A stretch of 64,000 nt of DNA from Alphaproteobacteria bacterium (GCA_009691045.1 SHWC01000001.1:20985-84984); one strand, 5' to 3'. Numbered from the stretch's first letter, positions 22,063 through 34,543 are shown. Notes: a model not told the origin generated them from the letters alone. Numbers and translations are program-made.

Positions 22063-22350
22063 ATGATTGTGAGCTTCCGCGATAAAGCGACGGAGCGGCT
22101 CTATCGTGGCGAGCGAGTTGCTCAGTTCGAGCCCTTTCGCCGACAAGAAGAAAAACGGCTGCGGGTTCTCGAAAGTGCAGAACACCTACTTGCTCTTACG
22201 CGTTTGCCGAGTAATCGGTTTGAGGCTTTGAAGGGTGATCGCAAGGGTCAATACAGCATTCGTATCAACGAGCAATGGCGACTTTGCTTCCGATGGGCGG
22301 AAGCTGACGCCGGTCCATCCGACGTTGAGATCGTCGATTATCATCGGTAG
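22063..22350 (+). CDS. higB: type II toxin HigB (RelE superfamily, plasmid-maintenance killer type)
   Basis: 95 aa, with MIVSFRDKATERLY ... GDRKGQYSIRINEQWRLCFRW ... VEIVDYH, typical of HigB. It lies directly upstream of an HTH antitoxin gene (toxin-first order) in a locally AT-richer region. Confidence 0.85.
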   Translation: MIVSFRDKATERLYRGERVAQFEPFRRQEEKRLRVLESAEHLLALTRLPSNRFEALKGDRKGQYSIRINEQWRLCFRWAEADAGPSDVEIVDYHR

Positions 22351-22358
22351 GAAATTTT

Positions 22359-22658
22359 ATGGCACGTACCCCTATTCATCCAGGTGAGATATTGGCTGAC
22401 GAGTTGGCCGAGCTTGGGATCAGCGCAACCGCGTTGGCGCGAACGCTTCGCGTTCCTGCCAATCGGATCAGTCAAATCATTGCCGGTAAGCGAGCGATAA
22501 CAGTCGACACCGCGCTTCGAATTGGCAAATGGCTCGGCACCGGGCCCGAGCTTTGGTTGAATTTGCAAAAAACTTTTGAGCTGGATCAAGCGCGGAGCGA
22601 AATTGGTAAGGCGTTGGCCGCTATTCCGAGCGTAAAGAAGGCGAAGCGGGCGGCATAA
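22359..22658 (+). CDS. higA: type II antitoxin HigA (XRE-type HTH)
   Basis: 99 aa, with PIHPGEILADELAELGISATALARTLRVPANRISQIIAGKRAITVDTALRIGKWLGTGPELWLNLQ, the HigA/VapI addiction-module antidote signature. Confidence 0.87.
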   Translation: MARTPIHPGEILADELAELGISATALARTLRVPANRISQIIAGKRAITVDTALRIGKWLGTGPELWLNLQKTFELDQARSEIGKALAAIPSVKKAKRAA

Positions 22659-22735
22659 AGCGAGTGGCGAACGCATGGGCGGCCATTAGCTGCCTTGGAG
22701 GCTCCCCAGCAACCCCGGAAACGCGTGCGTTTCCG

Positions 22736-22761
22736 CCTTCCTCCCCTCAAGGGGAGGAAGG
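22736..22761. terminator. perfect hairpin between convergent higA and lpdA; possible bidirectional terminator or solitary family-3-like palindrome
   Basis: CCTTCCTCCCC-TCAA-GGGGAGGAAGG has an 11-bp stem and a 4-nt loop. It lies 6 nt beyond the lpdA stop. A second hairpin, CGGAAACGC-GT-GCGTTTCCG, is adjacent at 22716-22735. There is no clear U-tract. Confidence 0.4.
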
Positions 22762-22766
22762 GTTCT

Positions 22767-24176
22767 TCATATGTGAATGGCTCGCTTATCCACCGCGAGG
22801 GCCGCTTCCTTCATGATTTCGGAGAGCGTCGGGTGCGCGTGGCTGGTGCGTGCGATGTCTTCGGCGGAGGCGCCGATTTCGATCGCGAGCACGGCCTCGG
22901 CGATCATGGTGCCGGCTTCGGCACCCAAAATGTGCACGCCCAAAATGCGATCGGTCTTGGCATCGGCCAAAATCTTGACGATGCCGTCGGTCGCCGCCAT
23001 CGCACGCGCGCGACCATTGGCGAGATAGGGGAAAGAACCGGCGCGATAATCAACGCCGGCCTCTTTGAGTTGCTCTTCGGTCTTGCCGACCGCGGCGACT
23101 TCAGGCGCGGTGTAAACCACGCCCGGGATCGCGTCATAATTGATGTGCGGTTTTTGGCCGGCGATGATTTCGGCGACCGCGACGCCTTCGTCCTCGGCCT
23201 TGTGGGCGAGCATCGGCCCGCGAATGGCATCGCCGATCGCATAGATGCCGGCGATCTTGGTTTGGAAATGTTCGTCGACCTCGACGCGACCCATTTTGTC
23301 GAGCGCCACGCCTAAGGCTTCGAGCCCGAGGCCTTTGGTAAAAGCGCGCCGCCCGGCCGCGACCAGCACGACATCGGCATTCAAGGTTTCCGCCGCGCCG
23401 TCTTTGACCGGCTCGACGGTGAGTGTAACGCCGTCGTCACTGGCTTTGGCGCTCGTCACTTTGGTGCCGAGGCGAAATTTGAAGCCCTGTTTCATCAGCG
23501 CGCGCTGGAACAATTTGGCGATCTCGCCATCCATGCCGGGCACCATGCGATCGAGGAACTCGACCACCTCGACCTCGGCGCCGAGCCGACGCCAGACCGA
23601 GCCCATTTCAAGCCCTATATAGCCGCCGCCGATCACGATCAATTTTTTCGGGACCGCGCTCAAAGCGAGCGCGCCGGTTGAGGACACAATGCGCTTCTCA
23701 TCGATCGCGATGCCGGGCAGCGAGACAACTTCGCTGCCGGTCGCGACTATAATGTGGCGCGCGGCGATGGTTTTCGATGAGCCATCGGCGCCGGTGACCA
23801 ACACCTCGCCGGGCTTGGCGATGCTGCCGATGCCGGCAAAGTGCGTCACGTTATTTTTCTTAAAGAGCTGGGCGATGCCCTTGGTCAGCGTGTCGACCAC
23901 ATTGGCCTTGTGCGCCATCATGATTGCGAGATCGACACTCAGGCTGGCGAATTTGATGCCATATTTGGCATAATCGCCACGGGCGTGAGCCACGGCCTCG
24001 GTGGTGTGCAACAACGCCTTCGAGGGAATGCAGCCGACGTTCAGACAAGTGCCGCCGAGCGATTTGTCTTTTTCAACGCAGGCGGTTTTGAGCCCGAGTT
24101 GCGCGGCGCGAATAGCGGCGACATAACCGCCCGGCCCCGCGCCAATCACCACCACATCGAAAGCATTGTCGGTCAT
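22767..24176 (-). CDS. lpdA: dihydrolipoyl dehydrogenase (E3)
   Basis: 469 aa, with the FAD motif GAGPGGY, the redox disulfide GGTCLNVGCIPSK and C-terminal HAHPTLSE. Confidence 0.95.
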   Translation of the reverse strand: MTDNAFDVVVIGAGPGGYVAAIRAAQLGLKTACVEKDKSLGGTCLNVGCIPSKALLHTTEAVAHARGDYAKYGIKFASLSVDLAIMMAHKANVVDTLTKGIAQLFKKNNVTHFAGIGSIAKPGEVLVTGADGSSKTIAARHIIVATGSEVVSLPGIAIDEKRIVSSTGALALSAVPKKLIVIGGGYIGLEMGSVWRRLGAEVEVVEFLDRMVPGMDGEIAKLFQRALMKQGFKFRLGTKVTSAKASDDGVTLTVEPVKDGAAETLNADVVLVAAGRRAFTKGLGLEALGVALDKMGRVEVDEHFQTKIAGIYAIGDAIRGPMLAHKAEDEGVAVAEIIAGQKPHINYDAIPGVVYTAPEVAAVGKTEEQLKEAGVDYRAGSFPYLANGRARAMAATDGIVKILADAKTDRILGVHILGAEAGTMIAEAVLAIEIGASAEDIARTSHAHPTLSEIMKEAALAVDKRAIHI

Positions 24177-24236
24177 TGTAAGCTCCCGTCGTCCACGCTG
24201 ACGGCCTTGGAATTTGGCCGGTCGTTACTCACGATC

Positions 24237-24311
24237 GTCATGCCCGGGCGAAGACCCGGGCATCCAGGCCTCATCTGAAGACTGAATTGCCGGGTCAAGC
24301 CCGGCAATGAC
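24237..24311. repeat. palindromic REP/MITE-like element, family 1, copy in the sucB-lpdA spacer
   Basis: GTCATGCCCGGGCGAAGACCCGGGCATCCAGGCCTCATCTGAAGACTGAATTGCCGGGTCAAGCCCGGCAATGAC. It closely matches the 19861-19934 copy. Confidence 0.9.
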
Positions 24312-24367
24312 GAAATAAGAAATGTCGCGGCAGACGACGTTGTGGCGTGCCTGCCGCGCAACCGGCC

Positions 24368-25714
24368 CTATATCTCCAACAACAAGCGTTGCGGATCTTC
24401 CAGACATTCCTTGATGCGCACGAGGAAGGTGACCGCCTCGCGCCCATCGATCAGGCGATGATCATAAGAGAGCGCGAGATACATCATCGGGCGGATCTCG
24501 ACCTTGCCGTCGAGCGCGACCGGGCGCTCTTGAATCTTGTGCATGCCGAGAATGCCGACTTGCGGCGGATTGAGGATCGGCGTCGAGAGCATCGAGCCGA
24601 AAATGCCGCCATTCGTTATCGTGAAGGTGCCGCCGGTGAGGTCATCGATGGCGAGTTTGTTGTCGCGCGCCTTTTGGCCGAAGGCGATGATCGCCTTCTC
24701 GATTCCGGCGAAGTTCATGCGATCGGCGTCACGCAAGACCGGCACAACCAAACCTTGCGGCGCGCTCAGCGCGACGCCGATGTTGTAGTAGTGCTTGTAA
24801 ACAATGTCCTCGCCGCTGATCTCGGCATTGACCGCCGGAATTTCCTTGAGCGCCTGGATCGAGGCTTTGACGAAGAACGACATGAAGCCGAGTTTGGCGC
24901 CGTGCTTCTTCTCGAAGGTTTCCTTATAGGCGGCGCGCGCCGCCATGACCGCGCTCATGTCCACGTCGTTGAACGTGGTCAGCATGGCGGCGGTGTTTTG
25001 CGCTTGTTTCAAGCGTTCGGCGACGCGCTTTCTCAGGCGTGACATGGGCACACGCTCTTCACGCGCGCCATCGGGCCGGGCGACCGGCGCGGCTGGCGCC
25101 GGCGTTGGAGCGGGGCTTGAAGCGGGGCTTGAAGCGGGTTGGGCGGGCGCCGGCGCTTGTGCGGGTGCGGTGGCCGGCGCGGCCTCTGATTTGCGAGCCT
25201 CGACCGCGGCCAAGACATCGCCTTTCAACACGCGACCGCCTGGCCCTGAGCCTTTGATCTTGCGGAGGTCGAGCACATGCTCCTCGACCAATTTGCGGAC
25301 CGAGGGAAGCATGACCTGATCGTCGTCGGCGGTTTGAGCCGATGGTGCCGTTGCCGAGGCGGTCGGCGCGGTTGGGGCGTGGTGGCCTGCGCCATTGGGT
25401 TTGACGCTGGGGGCAGTGGCGGCGGCCGCAGGCTTTGCAATTGGCGCGGGTGCGGCGGCTTGTGCGGGTGCGGCGGCGCCTTCCACAATGCGTCCCAATA
25501 TGGCACCGACTTCTACCGTATCGCCCTGTTTAACGGTTTGCTCGGTGAGTTTACCCGCCTCGGTTGCGGTGATTTCGAGCGAGATCTTATCGGTCTCAAG
25601 CTCGAGCACGGCCTCGTCGCGCTTGACCATATCGCCAACCGCTTTGAGCCAGCGTGCGACGGTGGCCTCGGTCACCGATTCGCCAAGGGTGGGAACGCGT
25701 ATCTCGGTCGACAT
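24368..25714 (-). CDS. sucB: 2-oxoglutarate dehydrogenase E2, dihydrolipoyllysine-residue succinyltransferase
   Basis: N-terminal lipoyl domain ([11 protein letters not shown]), Ala/Pro-rich linkers and the catalytic [10 protein letters not shown] chose ATG 25714 ([11 protein letters not shown]). Confidence 0.95.
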   Translation of the reverse strand: MSTEIRVPTLGESVTEATVARWLKAVGDMVKRDEAVLELETDKISLEITATEAGKLTEQTVKQGDTVEVGAILGRIVEGAAAPAQAAAPAPIAKPAAAATAPSVKPNGAGHHAPTAPTASATAPSAQTADDDQVMLPSVRKLVEEHVLDLRKIKGSGPGGRVLKGDVLAAVEARKSEAAPATAPAQAPAPAQPASSPASSPAPTPAPAAPVARPDGAREERVPMSRLRKRVAERLKQAQNTAAMLTTFNDVDMSAVMAARAAYKETFEKKHGAKLGFMSFFVKASIQALKEIPAVNAEISGEDIVYKHYYNIGVALSAPQGLVVPVLRDADRMNFAGIEKAIIAFGQKARDNKLAIDDLTGGTFTITNGGIFGSMLSTPILNPPQVGILGMHKIQERPVALDGKVEIRPMMYLALSYDHRLIDGREAVTFLVRIKECLEDPQRLLLEI

Positions 25715-25732
25715 CGCTTCGTGCTCCAATGC

Positions 25733-28552
25733 TCAGGCGACAAGCGCTTCGGTCACCAGCGCTTCTTGTTGACGGATATGAACCTTCAGGAAACCGGTCG
25801 CCGGCGAAGCCGATTCAGGCCGGCCGACATAGCGCGCGCGCTTCGCCGTGATCGACAGAGCGGCGAGCACGTCTTCAATGCGGCGGTCGACATAGGTGAA
25901 GGCTCCCATATTGCGGGGTTCTTCCTGGCACCAGACCACGTCGGCCTTGGGATATTTGGCGAGTTCGACGGTCAGGCTCTTGTTCGGGAACGGCGCGATC
26001 TGCTCGAGCCGGATCAGCGCGACGTCATCGATCTTGCGGGCGGTGCGCGCTTCCAGCAGGTCGTAATAGATTTTGCCGGTGCACAGCACGACGCGGCGCA
26101 CCTTTTCGGGCGCCGTGAGTTTTTGGCTTTCGCCGAGCACACGATGAAACACGGTGCCAGGGCCGAAATCGGCCAGCGGCGAGACGCAGAGCTTATGACG
26201 AAGCAGCGATTTTGGCGTCATGGCGATGAGCGGCTTGCGGAAATTGCGCTTCATCTGCCGGCGCAGAACGTGGAAGAACGAGGCCGGCGTCGTGCAATTG
26301 ACGACTTGAATATTCTGCTCGGCCGCGAGCTGCAAATAGCGCTCTAGGCGCGCGGAGGAGTGCTCGGGGCCTTGGCCCTCATAGCCGTGCGGCAGCAACA
26401 TCACGAGGCCCGACATGCGGAGCCATTTGCTTTCGCCCGGCACGATGAATTGATCGATGATGACCTGCGCGCCATTGGCGAAATCGCCGAACTGCGCTTC
26501 CCAAAGCACCAGCGTGTTGGGGTCGGAGAGCGAATAGCCATATTCGAAACCGAGCACGCCGGCTTCCGAGAGGCACGAATTGATCACCTCGAAATCGGCT
26601 TGGGCGCCGGGGCGGATATGGTTGAGCGAGACGTGACGCGCCTCGGTTTCCTGGTCTATCAATGCGGCGTGGCGTTGCGAGAACGTGCCGCGCGGCGAAT
26701 CCTGGCCCGAGAGCCGCACGCGCTTGCCTTCAAGGAGGAGGGCGCCAAAGGCCAGCGCTTCGCCGGTGGCCCAATCGATCCCTTGGCCGCTTTCAATCGC
26801 CTGGCGGCGCTCATCGATGACGCGAGCGAGACGCTGATGCGCTTTGAAATCCGCGGGGATCGCGGTCATGGCCGCGCCTATCTCGCGCAGCGTGGCGAGC
26901 TCGACGGCGGTTTCGCCCGCGCGATATTCGCCATTGCCAGGCTCGAAGCCGCGCCATTCGCCCTCAAGCCAATCGGCCTTGTTGGGCTTATAGCTGCGCG
27001 AGGCTTCGAGCTCTTTGTCGAGCCGGGCGCGGAAATCGGCGGCCATTTTGTCGGCGTCTTGCACGGTGATCGTGCCGTCCGCGACCAATTGCTCGGTATA
27101 GACCTGACGCGGCGTCGGGCGGCTCCTGATCGCGCGATACATGATCGGTTGGGTGAAGGCCGGTTCATCGCCCTCATTATGGCCATGCCGGCGGTAGCCG
27201 ATGATATCGAGCACCACGTCGGAGCCGAAGGTTTGACGGAACTCCGTGGCGAGCCGGCAGATATGCACGACCGCCTCCGGGTCATCGCCATTGACGTGAA
27301 AGATCGGCGCTTGAACCACCTTCGCGATGTCGGACGAATAGGGCGATGAGCGCGCGGCGGTCGGGTTGGTGGTGAAGCCGATCTGGTTGTTGACGATGAT
27401 GTGGATGGTGCCGCCGACGCGATAACCCTTGAGCTCGGAGAGCTCAAGCGTTTCGCCGACCAGGCCTTGGCCGGCAAAGGCGGCATCGCCATGCAGCAAG
27501 AGGCTCATCACGCGCTTGCGCTCGGTGTCGCGCTTCAGATTTTGTTTGGCGCGCACGCGGCCGAGCACGACCGGGTTGACCGCTTCGAGGTGCGAGGGGT
27601 TAGGCGTCAGCGACAGATGCATGCGCTTGCCATTGGGCAAATCGCGATCGGCCGAGGCGCCGAGATGATATTTGACGTCGCCCGAGCCTTGCACATCGTC
27701 AGGGTTCGCGGCCTCGCCTTGAAACTCGGAAAAGACGGCGGCGTAGGATTTGCCGATCACGCTGGTCAGCACGTTGAGCCGGCCGCGATGCGACATACCG
27801 AACACGATTTCCTCGACGCCAAGGTCGGCCGCGCGCAGGATGATTGCTTCCAAGCCGGGAATGACCGGCTCGCAGCCTTCGAGCGAAAAGCGCTTGGCGC
27901 CGCGATATTTGATATCGAGGAAGGTCTCGAAGCCTTCGGCCTCGCCAAGATCGGCCAGAATGGTGCGCTTCTCGGCGGGGGAGAGCGCGGTACGGTTGCG
28001 CGAGCCCTCGATGTGGTTTTGGATCCAGGCCTTTTCCTCGGGGCTCTGGATGTGCATGAACTCGACGCCGATGCGCGCGCAATAGGTTTGCTTCAAAATT
28101 GAAAGCGCTTCGCGCAGCGTCGCCCAATTCAGGCCGAGCACGCCGTCGAAATAAATCGGGCGGTCATAGTCCGATTCGGTGAAGCCGTAGGACGCGGGGT
28201 CGAGCTCAGGATGATGTTTTTCGCCTTCGAGCTGCAAGGGATCGAGCGAGGCGATCAAATGGCCGCGCACGCGATAGGCGCGCACCAACATCAGCGCGCG
28301 GATCGAATCGCGCGTCGCTTCGGGGACCTCGCCAGTGGCGGGCGCGGTCGCTGGCCGCGCGAGAACCGTTGACGCGGCGTGGCCATTGGCATGGCCGTTT
28401 ATTTTCTTGGGTTCGGGCTCGGCATCGATGCGCGCGAAAAATTCGCGCCAGGTGGGCTCCACAGAGGCGGGGTCGCGCCGATACTGCGCCTCGATCGCCT
28501 CCATGAAGGCCGTGTTCGAGCCGTCGAGAAATGAAAGATCGTTCGTGTTCAT
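25733..28552 (-). CDS. sucA: 2-oxoglutarate dehydrogenase E1 component
   Basis: About 939 aa of collinear E1o-type sequence (NTAFMEAIEAQY..., GHNEGDEP, LLPHGYEGQGPEHSS). I chose ATG 28552 (MNTNDLSF). Confidence 0.95.
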   Translation of the reverse strand: MNTNDLSFLDGSNTAFMEAIEAQYRRDPASVEPTWREFFARIDAEPEPKKINGHANGHAASTVLARPATAPATGEVPEATRDSIRALMLVRAYRVRGHLIASLDPLQLEGEKHHPELDPASYGFTESDYDRPIYFDGVLGLNWATLREALSILKQTYCARIGVEFMHIQSPEEKAWIQNHIEGSRNRTALSPAEKRTILADLGEAEGFETFLDIKYRGAKRFSLEGCEPVIPGLEAIILRAADLGVEEIVFGMSHRGRLNVLTSVIGKSYAAVFSEFQGEAANPDDVQGSGDVKYHLGASADRDLPNGKRMHLSLTPNPSHLEAVNPVVLGRVRAKQNLKRDTERKRVMSLLLHGDAAFAGQGLVGETLELSELKGYRVGGTIHIIVNNQIGFTTNPTAARSSPYSSDIAKVVQAPIFHVNGDDPEAVVHICRLATEFRQTFGSDVVLDIIGYRRHGHNEGDEPAFTQPIMYRAIRSRPTPRQVYTEQLVADGTITVQDADKMAADFRARLDKELEASRSYKPNKADWLEGEWRGFEPGNGEYRAGETAVELATLREIGAAMTAIPADFKAHQRLARVIDERRQAIESGQGIDWATGEALAFGALLLEGKRVRLSGQDSPRGTFSQRHAALIDQETEARHVSLNHIRPGAQADFEVINSCLSEAGVLGFEYGYSLSDPNTLVLWEAQFGDFANGAQVIIDQFIVPGESKWLRMSGLVMLLPHGYEGQGPEHSSARLERYLQLAAEQNIQVVNCTTPASFFHVLRRQMKRNFRKPLIAMTPKSLLRHKLCVSPLADFGPGTVFHRVLGESQKLTAPEKVRRVVLCTGKIYYDLLEARTARKIDDVALIRLEQIAPFPNKSLTVELAKYPKADVVWCQEEPRNMGAFTYVDRRIEDVLAALSITAKRARYVGRPESASPATGFLKVHIRQQEALVTEALVA

Positions 28553-28592
28553 GATCCAGACCGGGTAACCCAACGAAGCGGGGGGCCTCGTT

Positions 28593-29468
28593 CTATCGCT
28601 TCAGCACTGCGAGCATGGTCGCGCCGATGGCGGCGGGAGATTCGGCAATCTCGATGCCTGCGCTGCGCATGGCGTCGATCTTGCTGCACGCATCACCCTT
28701 GCCGCCGGAGATAATGGCCCCAGCATGACCCATGCGCCGCCCCGGTGGTGCAGTCCGGCCGGCGATGAATCCCACCACAGGCTTCTTAACTTTTTGCGTG
28801 CGCAGGAAGGCGGCGCCGTCTTCTTCCGCCGAGCCACCAATTTCTCCAATCATTACAATAGCTTCTGTTTCCGGATCGGCGAGGAACAGGCCGACGCAAT
28901 CAACAAAATTGGTGCCGTTCACCGGGTCGCCGCCGATTCCGATGCAGGTTGACTGGCCGAGTCCGGCCGCGCTGGTCTGCGCCACGGCTTCATAAGTAAG
29001 CGTGCCTGAGCGCGAAACAATGCCTACTTTGCCGCGCTTATGAATATGGCCCGGCATGATGCCAATCTTGCACGCGCCGGGTGTGATGACGCCCGGGCAG
29101 TTCGGTCCGATCAGGCGTGAGCGCGAGCCTGAGAGCGCGCGTTTGACGCGCACCATGTCGAGCACCGGTATGCCTTCGGTGATGCAGACGATGAGCGCGA
29201 GCTCGGCATCGAGCGCTTCCAAAATCGCATCGGCCGCGAAGGCCGCCGGCACATAAATCACGCTCGCGGTCGCGCCGGTCTTGGCGACCGCATCGGCCAC
29301 GGTGTCGAAGACCGGCAAATTGAGATGTGTGGTGCCGCCTTTGCCGGGCGTTACGCCGCCGACCATTTTGGTGCCGTAGGCGATCGCTTGTTCGGAATGG
29401 AAGGTGCCCTGCGCGCCGGTGAAGCCCTGGCAAATGACGCGGGTGTTGGAATCGACCAAGACCGCCAT
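28593..29468 (-). CDS. sucD: succinyl-CoA synthetase subunit alpha
   Basis: 291 aa, with SRSGTLTYE and the phosphohistidine context [11 protein letters not shown]. Confidence 0.96.
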   Translation of the reverse strand: MAVLVDSNTRVICQGFTGAQGTFHSEQAIAYGTKMVGGVTPGKGGTTHLNLPVFDTVADAVAKTGATASVIYVPAAFAADAILEALDAELALIVCITEGIPVLDMVRVKRALSGSRSRLIGPNCPGVITPGACKIGIMPGHIHKRGKVGIVSRSGTLTYEAVAQTSAAGLGQSTCIGIGGDPVNGTNFVDCVGLFLADPETEAIVMIGEIGGSAEEDGAAFLRTQKVKKPVVGFIAGRTAPPGRRMGHAGAIISGGKGDACSKIDAMRSAGIEIAESPAAIGATMLAVLKR

Positions 29469-30640
29469 CAGGCTCGTCCTTCCTTGACTGCCTTGACGAT
29501 TTTCTTGGCGGCATCGCCCAAATCATTCGCGGCGATCAAGGTCAGGCCCGAATTCGACAAGAGCTCGTTCGCCTTCTCGACATTGGTGCCGGCGAGGCGA
29601 ACCACCAGCGGCACTTTGATGCCGATCTCGCGCGCCGCGGCGATGATGCCTTCGGCGATGATGTCGCAGCGCATGATGCCGCCGAAAATATTGACCAAGA
29701 TGCCCTTCACATTGGGATCGCTCAAAATGATCTTGAACGCGGCAATGACGCGCTCGCGGGTGGCGCCGCCGCCAACATCGAGGAAATTGGCCGGCGCGCT
29801 GCCATTGAGCTGGATGATATCCATGGTCGCCATAGCGAGGCCCGCGCCATTGACCATGCAGCCGATATCGCCATCGAGCTTGATGTAATTGAGCTCATGG
29901 CGCGAGGCCTCGAGCTCCATGGGGTCTTCTTCGCTCTCATCGCGCAGCTCGACGATCTCTTTGTGGCGATATAGCGCATTGCTATCGAAATTGAGCTTGG
30001 CATCGAGCGCGATCAGCGCGCCCGCCGTGGTGACGACCAGCGGATTGATCTCCATCAGGCTGGCGTCGGATTGCGTGAAGGCGGTGTAGAGCGCGCGGAA
30101 GAAGCCCGGCGCCTGTTTCAGCGCGTCGCCTTGAAGGCCAAGGCGGAAGGCGAGTTTTCTCGCGTGGAAGGCTTGGAAGCCACTGGCCGGATCGATGGTG
30201 ACCGTGATGATTTTTTCGGGCGTGTCATGGGCGACTTGCTCGATCTCAACGCCGCCCTCGGTTGACGCCATGATGGCGACACGGCCCGTGCCGCGATCGA
30301 CCACCATGCCGCAATAGAGCTCGCGGGCGATATCGCTGCCGCGCTCGATATAGACGCGGTTGACCACTTTGCCGCCCGGGCCGGTTTGCGGCGTGACGAG
30401 CGTGCGGCCAAACATGGCCTTAGCCTCGCGCGTTGCGTCCTCGGCCGATTTGCAGACCTTGACGCCGCCGGCCTTGCCGCGCCCGCCGGCGTGGATTTGG
30501 GCCTTGACCACCCAGACCGGCCCGGCGGCCTCTTTAATGGCCGCCGCAATGCCCGATGGATCGAGCGCGACCGCGCCATGCGGAACGGGAACACCAAAGC
30601 CTGAAAGCAGGCGCTTCGCTTGATATTCGTGGATGTTCAT
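29468..30640 (-). CDS. sucC: succinyl-CoA synthetase subunit beta
   Basis: 390 aa, starting [12 protein letters not shown], with an ATP-grasp fold and the C-terminal [13 protein letters not shown]. Confidence 0.96.
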   Translation of the reverse strand: MNIHEYQAKRLLSGFGVPVPHGAVALDPSGIAAAIKEAAGPVWVVKAQIHAGGRGKAGGVKVCKSAEDATREAKAMFGRTLVTPQTGPGGKVVNRVYIERGSDIARELYCGMVVDRGTGRVAIMASTEGGVEIEQVAHDTPEKIITVTIDPASGFQAFHARKLAFRLGLQGDALKQAPGFFRALYTAFTQSDASLMEINPLVVTTAGALIALDAKLNFDSNALYRHKEIVELRDESEEDPMELEASRHELNYIKLDGDIGCMVNGAGLAMATMDIIQLNGSAPANFLDVGGGATRERVIAAFKIILSDPNVKGILVNIFGGIMRCDIIAEGIIAAAREIGIKVPLVVRLAGTNVEKANELLSNSGLTLIAANDLGDAAKKIVKAVKEGRA

Positions 30641-30754
30641 CGGTTGATGTGCGTGAGCCTGGCCGTGAGAGCCGCGCGACTTATAGCACCGCGCCGCGTG
30701 GGTTCAACTGCAAAGCCCAGTCTCACGACCGCGCCCGGACCATTTTCCTGCCAG

Positions 30755-31711
<957 letters not shown>

Positions 31712-31744
31712 TTAAGTCCTCCAATCAATGAGCCGTGCTTGGTC

Positions 31745-31892
31745 GTCATTCCGGCTGTTAGGCCAGCCCGAAAGCCATCGACTTTCGGGTGCGAGCCCCC
31801 GATCTAGTCGGGGGCAGGCTCTTGCGAGCCGGAATCCATGACACCGCTGATCGAGCCCGCGCGACGATGGATCCCCGCTTTCGCGGGGATGA
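31745..31892. repeat. composite palindromic repeats in the sdhB-mdh spacer (a family-1 variant plus a small GGATCCCCGC hairpin)
   Basis: GTCATTCCGGC ... GCCGGAATCCATGAC spans 31745-31842 with inner hairpins CCCGAAAG..CTTTCGGG and CCCCCGATCTAGTCGGGGG. It is followed by GATGGATCCCCGCTTTCGCGGGGATGAC at 31866-31892. Confidence 0.7.
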
Positions 31893-31930
31893 CGGAAGTG
31901 GATTTTCATGCGCCCGTTCTATAGCCGGCC

Positions 31931-32710
31931 TCATCGTCTCAGCACCATCATCTTTTTGATTTCGGCGATCGCCTTGGCCGGGTTCAGGCCCTTGGGGCAG
32001 GTTTTGGTGCAATTCATGATCGTGTGGCAGCGATAGAGCCGGAACGGATCTTCCAGATCGTCGAGCCGCTCGCCCTTGGCCTCATCGCGGCTATCGACCA
32101 GCCAGCGATAGGCTTGCAGCAAAATCGCCGGCCCCAAATAGCGATCGGAATTCCACCAATAGCTCGGGCAGGCGGTCGAACAGCAGGCGCACAGAATGCA
32201 CTCATAAAGGCCATCGAGCTTGGCGCGATCGTCCGGTGATTGTAGCCGTTCGGAATTGGCCGGCGCGGGCGTGTCCGATTTCAACCAGGGCTCGATCGAG
32301 GCGTATTGCGCATAGAACTGATTGAGGTCAGGCACCAAATCCTTCACCACCGGCATATGCGGCAGCGGGTAGATGCGAACCTCGCCATGCACTTCTTCGA
32401 TCGGTTTGGTGCAGGCGAGCGTGTTGGTGCCGTCGATGTTCATGGCGCACGAGCCGCAAATGCCCTCGCGGCACGAACGGCGGAAAGTGACGGTCGGATC
32501 GACCTCGTTTTTGATCTTGATCAGCGCATCCAACACCATCGGGCCGCAGGCGGCGAGATCGATGTCATAGGTGTCGGTGCGTGGGTTCTCGGCCAAATCC
32601 GGGTTCCAGCGATAGATCTTGAACCGCCGTGATTTTTTGGCGCCGGAAGGCGCGTCATGGTGCTTGCCGGGTTTGACCGTGGAATTTTTCGGCAGTCTGA
32701 ACTCAGCCAT
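31931..32710 (-). CDS. sdhB: succinate dehydrogenase iron-sulfur subunit
   Basis: 259 aa with three Cys clusters: [24 protein letters not shown] and [14 protein letters not shown]. Confidence 0.96.
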   Translation of the reverse strand: MAEFRLPKNSTVKPGKHHDAPSGAKKSRRFKIYRWNPDLAENPRTDTYDIDLAACGPMVLDALIKIKNEVDPTVTFRRSCREGICGSCAMNIDGTNTLACTKPIEEVHGEVRIYPLPHMPVVKDLVPDLNQFYAQYASIEPWLKSDTPAPANSERLQSPDDRAKLDGLYECILCACCSTACPSYWWNSDRYLGPAILLQAYRWLVDSRDEAKGERLDDLEDPFRLYRCHTIMNCTKTCPKGLNPAKAIAEIKKMMVLRR

Positions 32711-32746
32711 GATCCGTGTTCCTTTGCGCCAAGCCCGATGCGCGGT

Positions 32747-34540
32747 TCAATAGACGCGCGCCTTGGGTTGGATCACCTCGACGTCGTTGGTCAGCGTATA
32801 GAGATGCACCGGCCGGTAATTGATCTTGGGTGCGCCATCGTCATTGAGCCAGGCAATCGAGTGCTTCATCCAATTGACGTCATCGCGATTGGGGAAGTCC
32901 TCACGCGCTTGGGCGCCGCGGCTTTCGGTTCGGTTCGAGGCACAATGCAGGGTGACGAGGGCCTGGCGCATTAAATTGTCGAGCTCGATGGTTTCCGCGA
33001 GGTCGGAATTCCAGATCAGGGACCGATCGGCGACCCGAATTTCATCGCGGAAGCTTGACCAGATCGAGGCGAGCTTGCGCTTGCCTTCGTCCATCAACGG
33101 GCCGGTGCGAAACACGCCGGCGTGATTCTGCATGGTGCGTTGCATATCGAGGCGAATCTCAGCGGTCGAGCTCTTACCCTTGGCGTGGCGGAGGCGATCG
33201 AACCAATCGAAGCAACGATCGGAGATCGTGGCGGGCAAGGTTTTGTGCGGTGTTCCGGGCTTGATCAGTTCGGCGCAGCGATCGGCGGCGGCGCGGCCAA
33301 ACACCATGAGGTCGAGCAGTGAGTTGGAGCCGAGCCGATTGGCGCCATGGACCGAGACGCAGGCCGCTTCGCCAACCGCCATGACGCCGCGCACCACCGT
33401 ATCTGGATTGTCATAGGCGAGTGTCACGACCTCGCCATGATAATTGGTCGGTACGCCGCCCATGTTGTAATGCACTGTGGGGCTGACCGGGATCGGCTCC
33501 TTGGTGCAATCGACGCCGGCGAAGATTTTCGCGGTCTCGGTGATGCCGGGCAGGCGCTGGTGCAAGACATCGGCGCCGAGATGGTCGAGCTTGAGGAAAA
33601 TATGATCCTTGAGCGGGCCGACGCCGCGGCCTTCCCTGATTTCGAGCGTCATCGAGCGTGACACCACGTCGCGCGAGGCGAGGTCCTTGGCGCTCGGCGC
33701 GTAGCGTTCCATGAAGCGCTCGCCCTCCGAGTTCAGCAAATAGCCGCCTTCGCCGCGCACGCCTTCGGTGATCAGACAGCCGGCGCCATAGATGCCGGTC
33801 GGATGGAATTGGATGAACTCCATGTCTTGCAGCGGCAGGCCGGCCCTGAGCGCCATGCCATTGCCATCGCCGGTGCAGGTGTGCGCCGAGGTCGCCGTGA
33901 AATAAGCGCGGCCATAACCGCCGGTCGCCAGGATCACCATGTGCGAGCGGAACAAATGCATGGTGCCGTCGTCGAGATTCCAGGCGAGGACGCCGCGGCA
34001 GGCGCCTTCCTCGTCCATCACCAGATCGAGCGCGACATATTCGATGAAGAACTCGGCCGAATGTTTGAGCGATTGCTGATAGAGCGTGTGCAGCATGGCA
34101 TGGCCGGTGCGATCGGCCGCCGCGCAGGTGCGGAGCGCCGTGCCTTCGCCGAAATGCGTCGTCATGCCGCCAAAGGCGCGTTGATAGATCTTGCCTTCGG
34201 CGGTGCGCGAAAACGGCACGCCATAATGCTCAAGCTCGAGCACGGCCTCGGGCGCGTGCTTGCACATATATTCGATGGCGTCTTGGTCGCCGAGCCAGTC
34301 CGAGCCCTTGACGGTGTCGTACATGTGCCAACGCCAATCGTCTTCGCCCATATTGCCAAGCGCGGCTGAGATGCCGCCTTGCGCGGCGACCGTGTGGCTC
34401 CGCGTCGGGAACAGCTTCGACAGGCATGCGGTCTTCAAGCCGTGCTGGGCGAGGCCGAAGGTCGCGCGCAAGCCCGCGCCACCGGCGCCGACGACAAGAA
34501 CGTCGTAGCGATGCTCGATCAATGGATAGGCTTGCGGCAT
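32747..34540 (-). CDS. sdhA: succinate dehydrogenase flavoprotein subunit
   Basis: 597 aa, with the FAD motif GAGGAGLRA and the covalent-FAD His context [10 protein letters not shown]. Confidence 0.96.
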   Translation of the reverse strand: MPQAYPLIEHRYDVLVVGAGGAGLRATFGLAQHGLKTACLSKLFPTRSHTVAAQGGISAALGNMGEDDWRWHMYDTVKGSDWLGDQDAIEYMCKHAPEAVLELEHYGVPFSRTAEGKIYQRAFGGMTTHFGEGTALRTCAAADRTGHAMLHTLYQQSLKHSAEFFIEYVALDLVMDEEGACRGVLAWNLDDGTMHLFRSHMVILATGGYGRAYFTATSAHTCTGDGNGMALRAGLPLQDMEFIQFHPTGIYGAGCLITEGVRGEGGYLLNSEGERFMERYAPSAKDLASRDVVSRSMTLEIREGRGVGPLKDHIFLKLDHLGADVLHQRLPGITETAKIFAGVDCTKEPIPVSPTVHYNMGGVPTNYHGEVVTLAYDNPDTVVRGVMAVGEAACVSVHGANRLGSNSLLDLMVFGRAAADRCAELIKPGTPHKTLPATISDRCFDWFDRLRHAKGKSSTAEIRLDMQRTMQNHAGVFRTGPLMDEGKRKLASIWSSFRDEIRVADRSLIWNSDLAETIELDNLMRQALVTLHCASNRTESRGAQAREDFPNRDDVNWMKHSIAWLNDDGAPKINYRPVHLYTLTNDVEVIQPKARVY

Positions 34541-34543
34541 GAC

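Noticed and set aside
30698-30710. GTGGGTTCAACTG, resembling a tRNA T-arm, in the mdh-sucC spacer.
   Set aside because: No complementary acceptor, D or anticodon stems can be drawn around it. No other tRNA-like structure was seen in any spacer.
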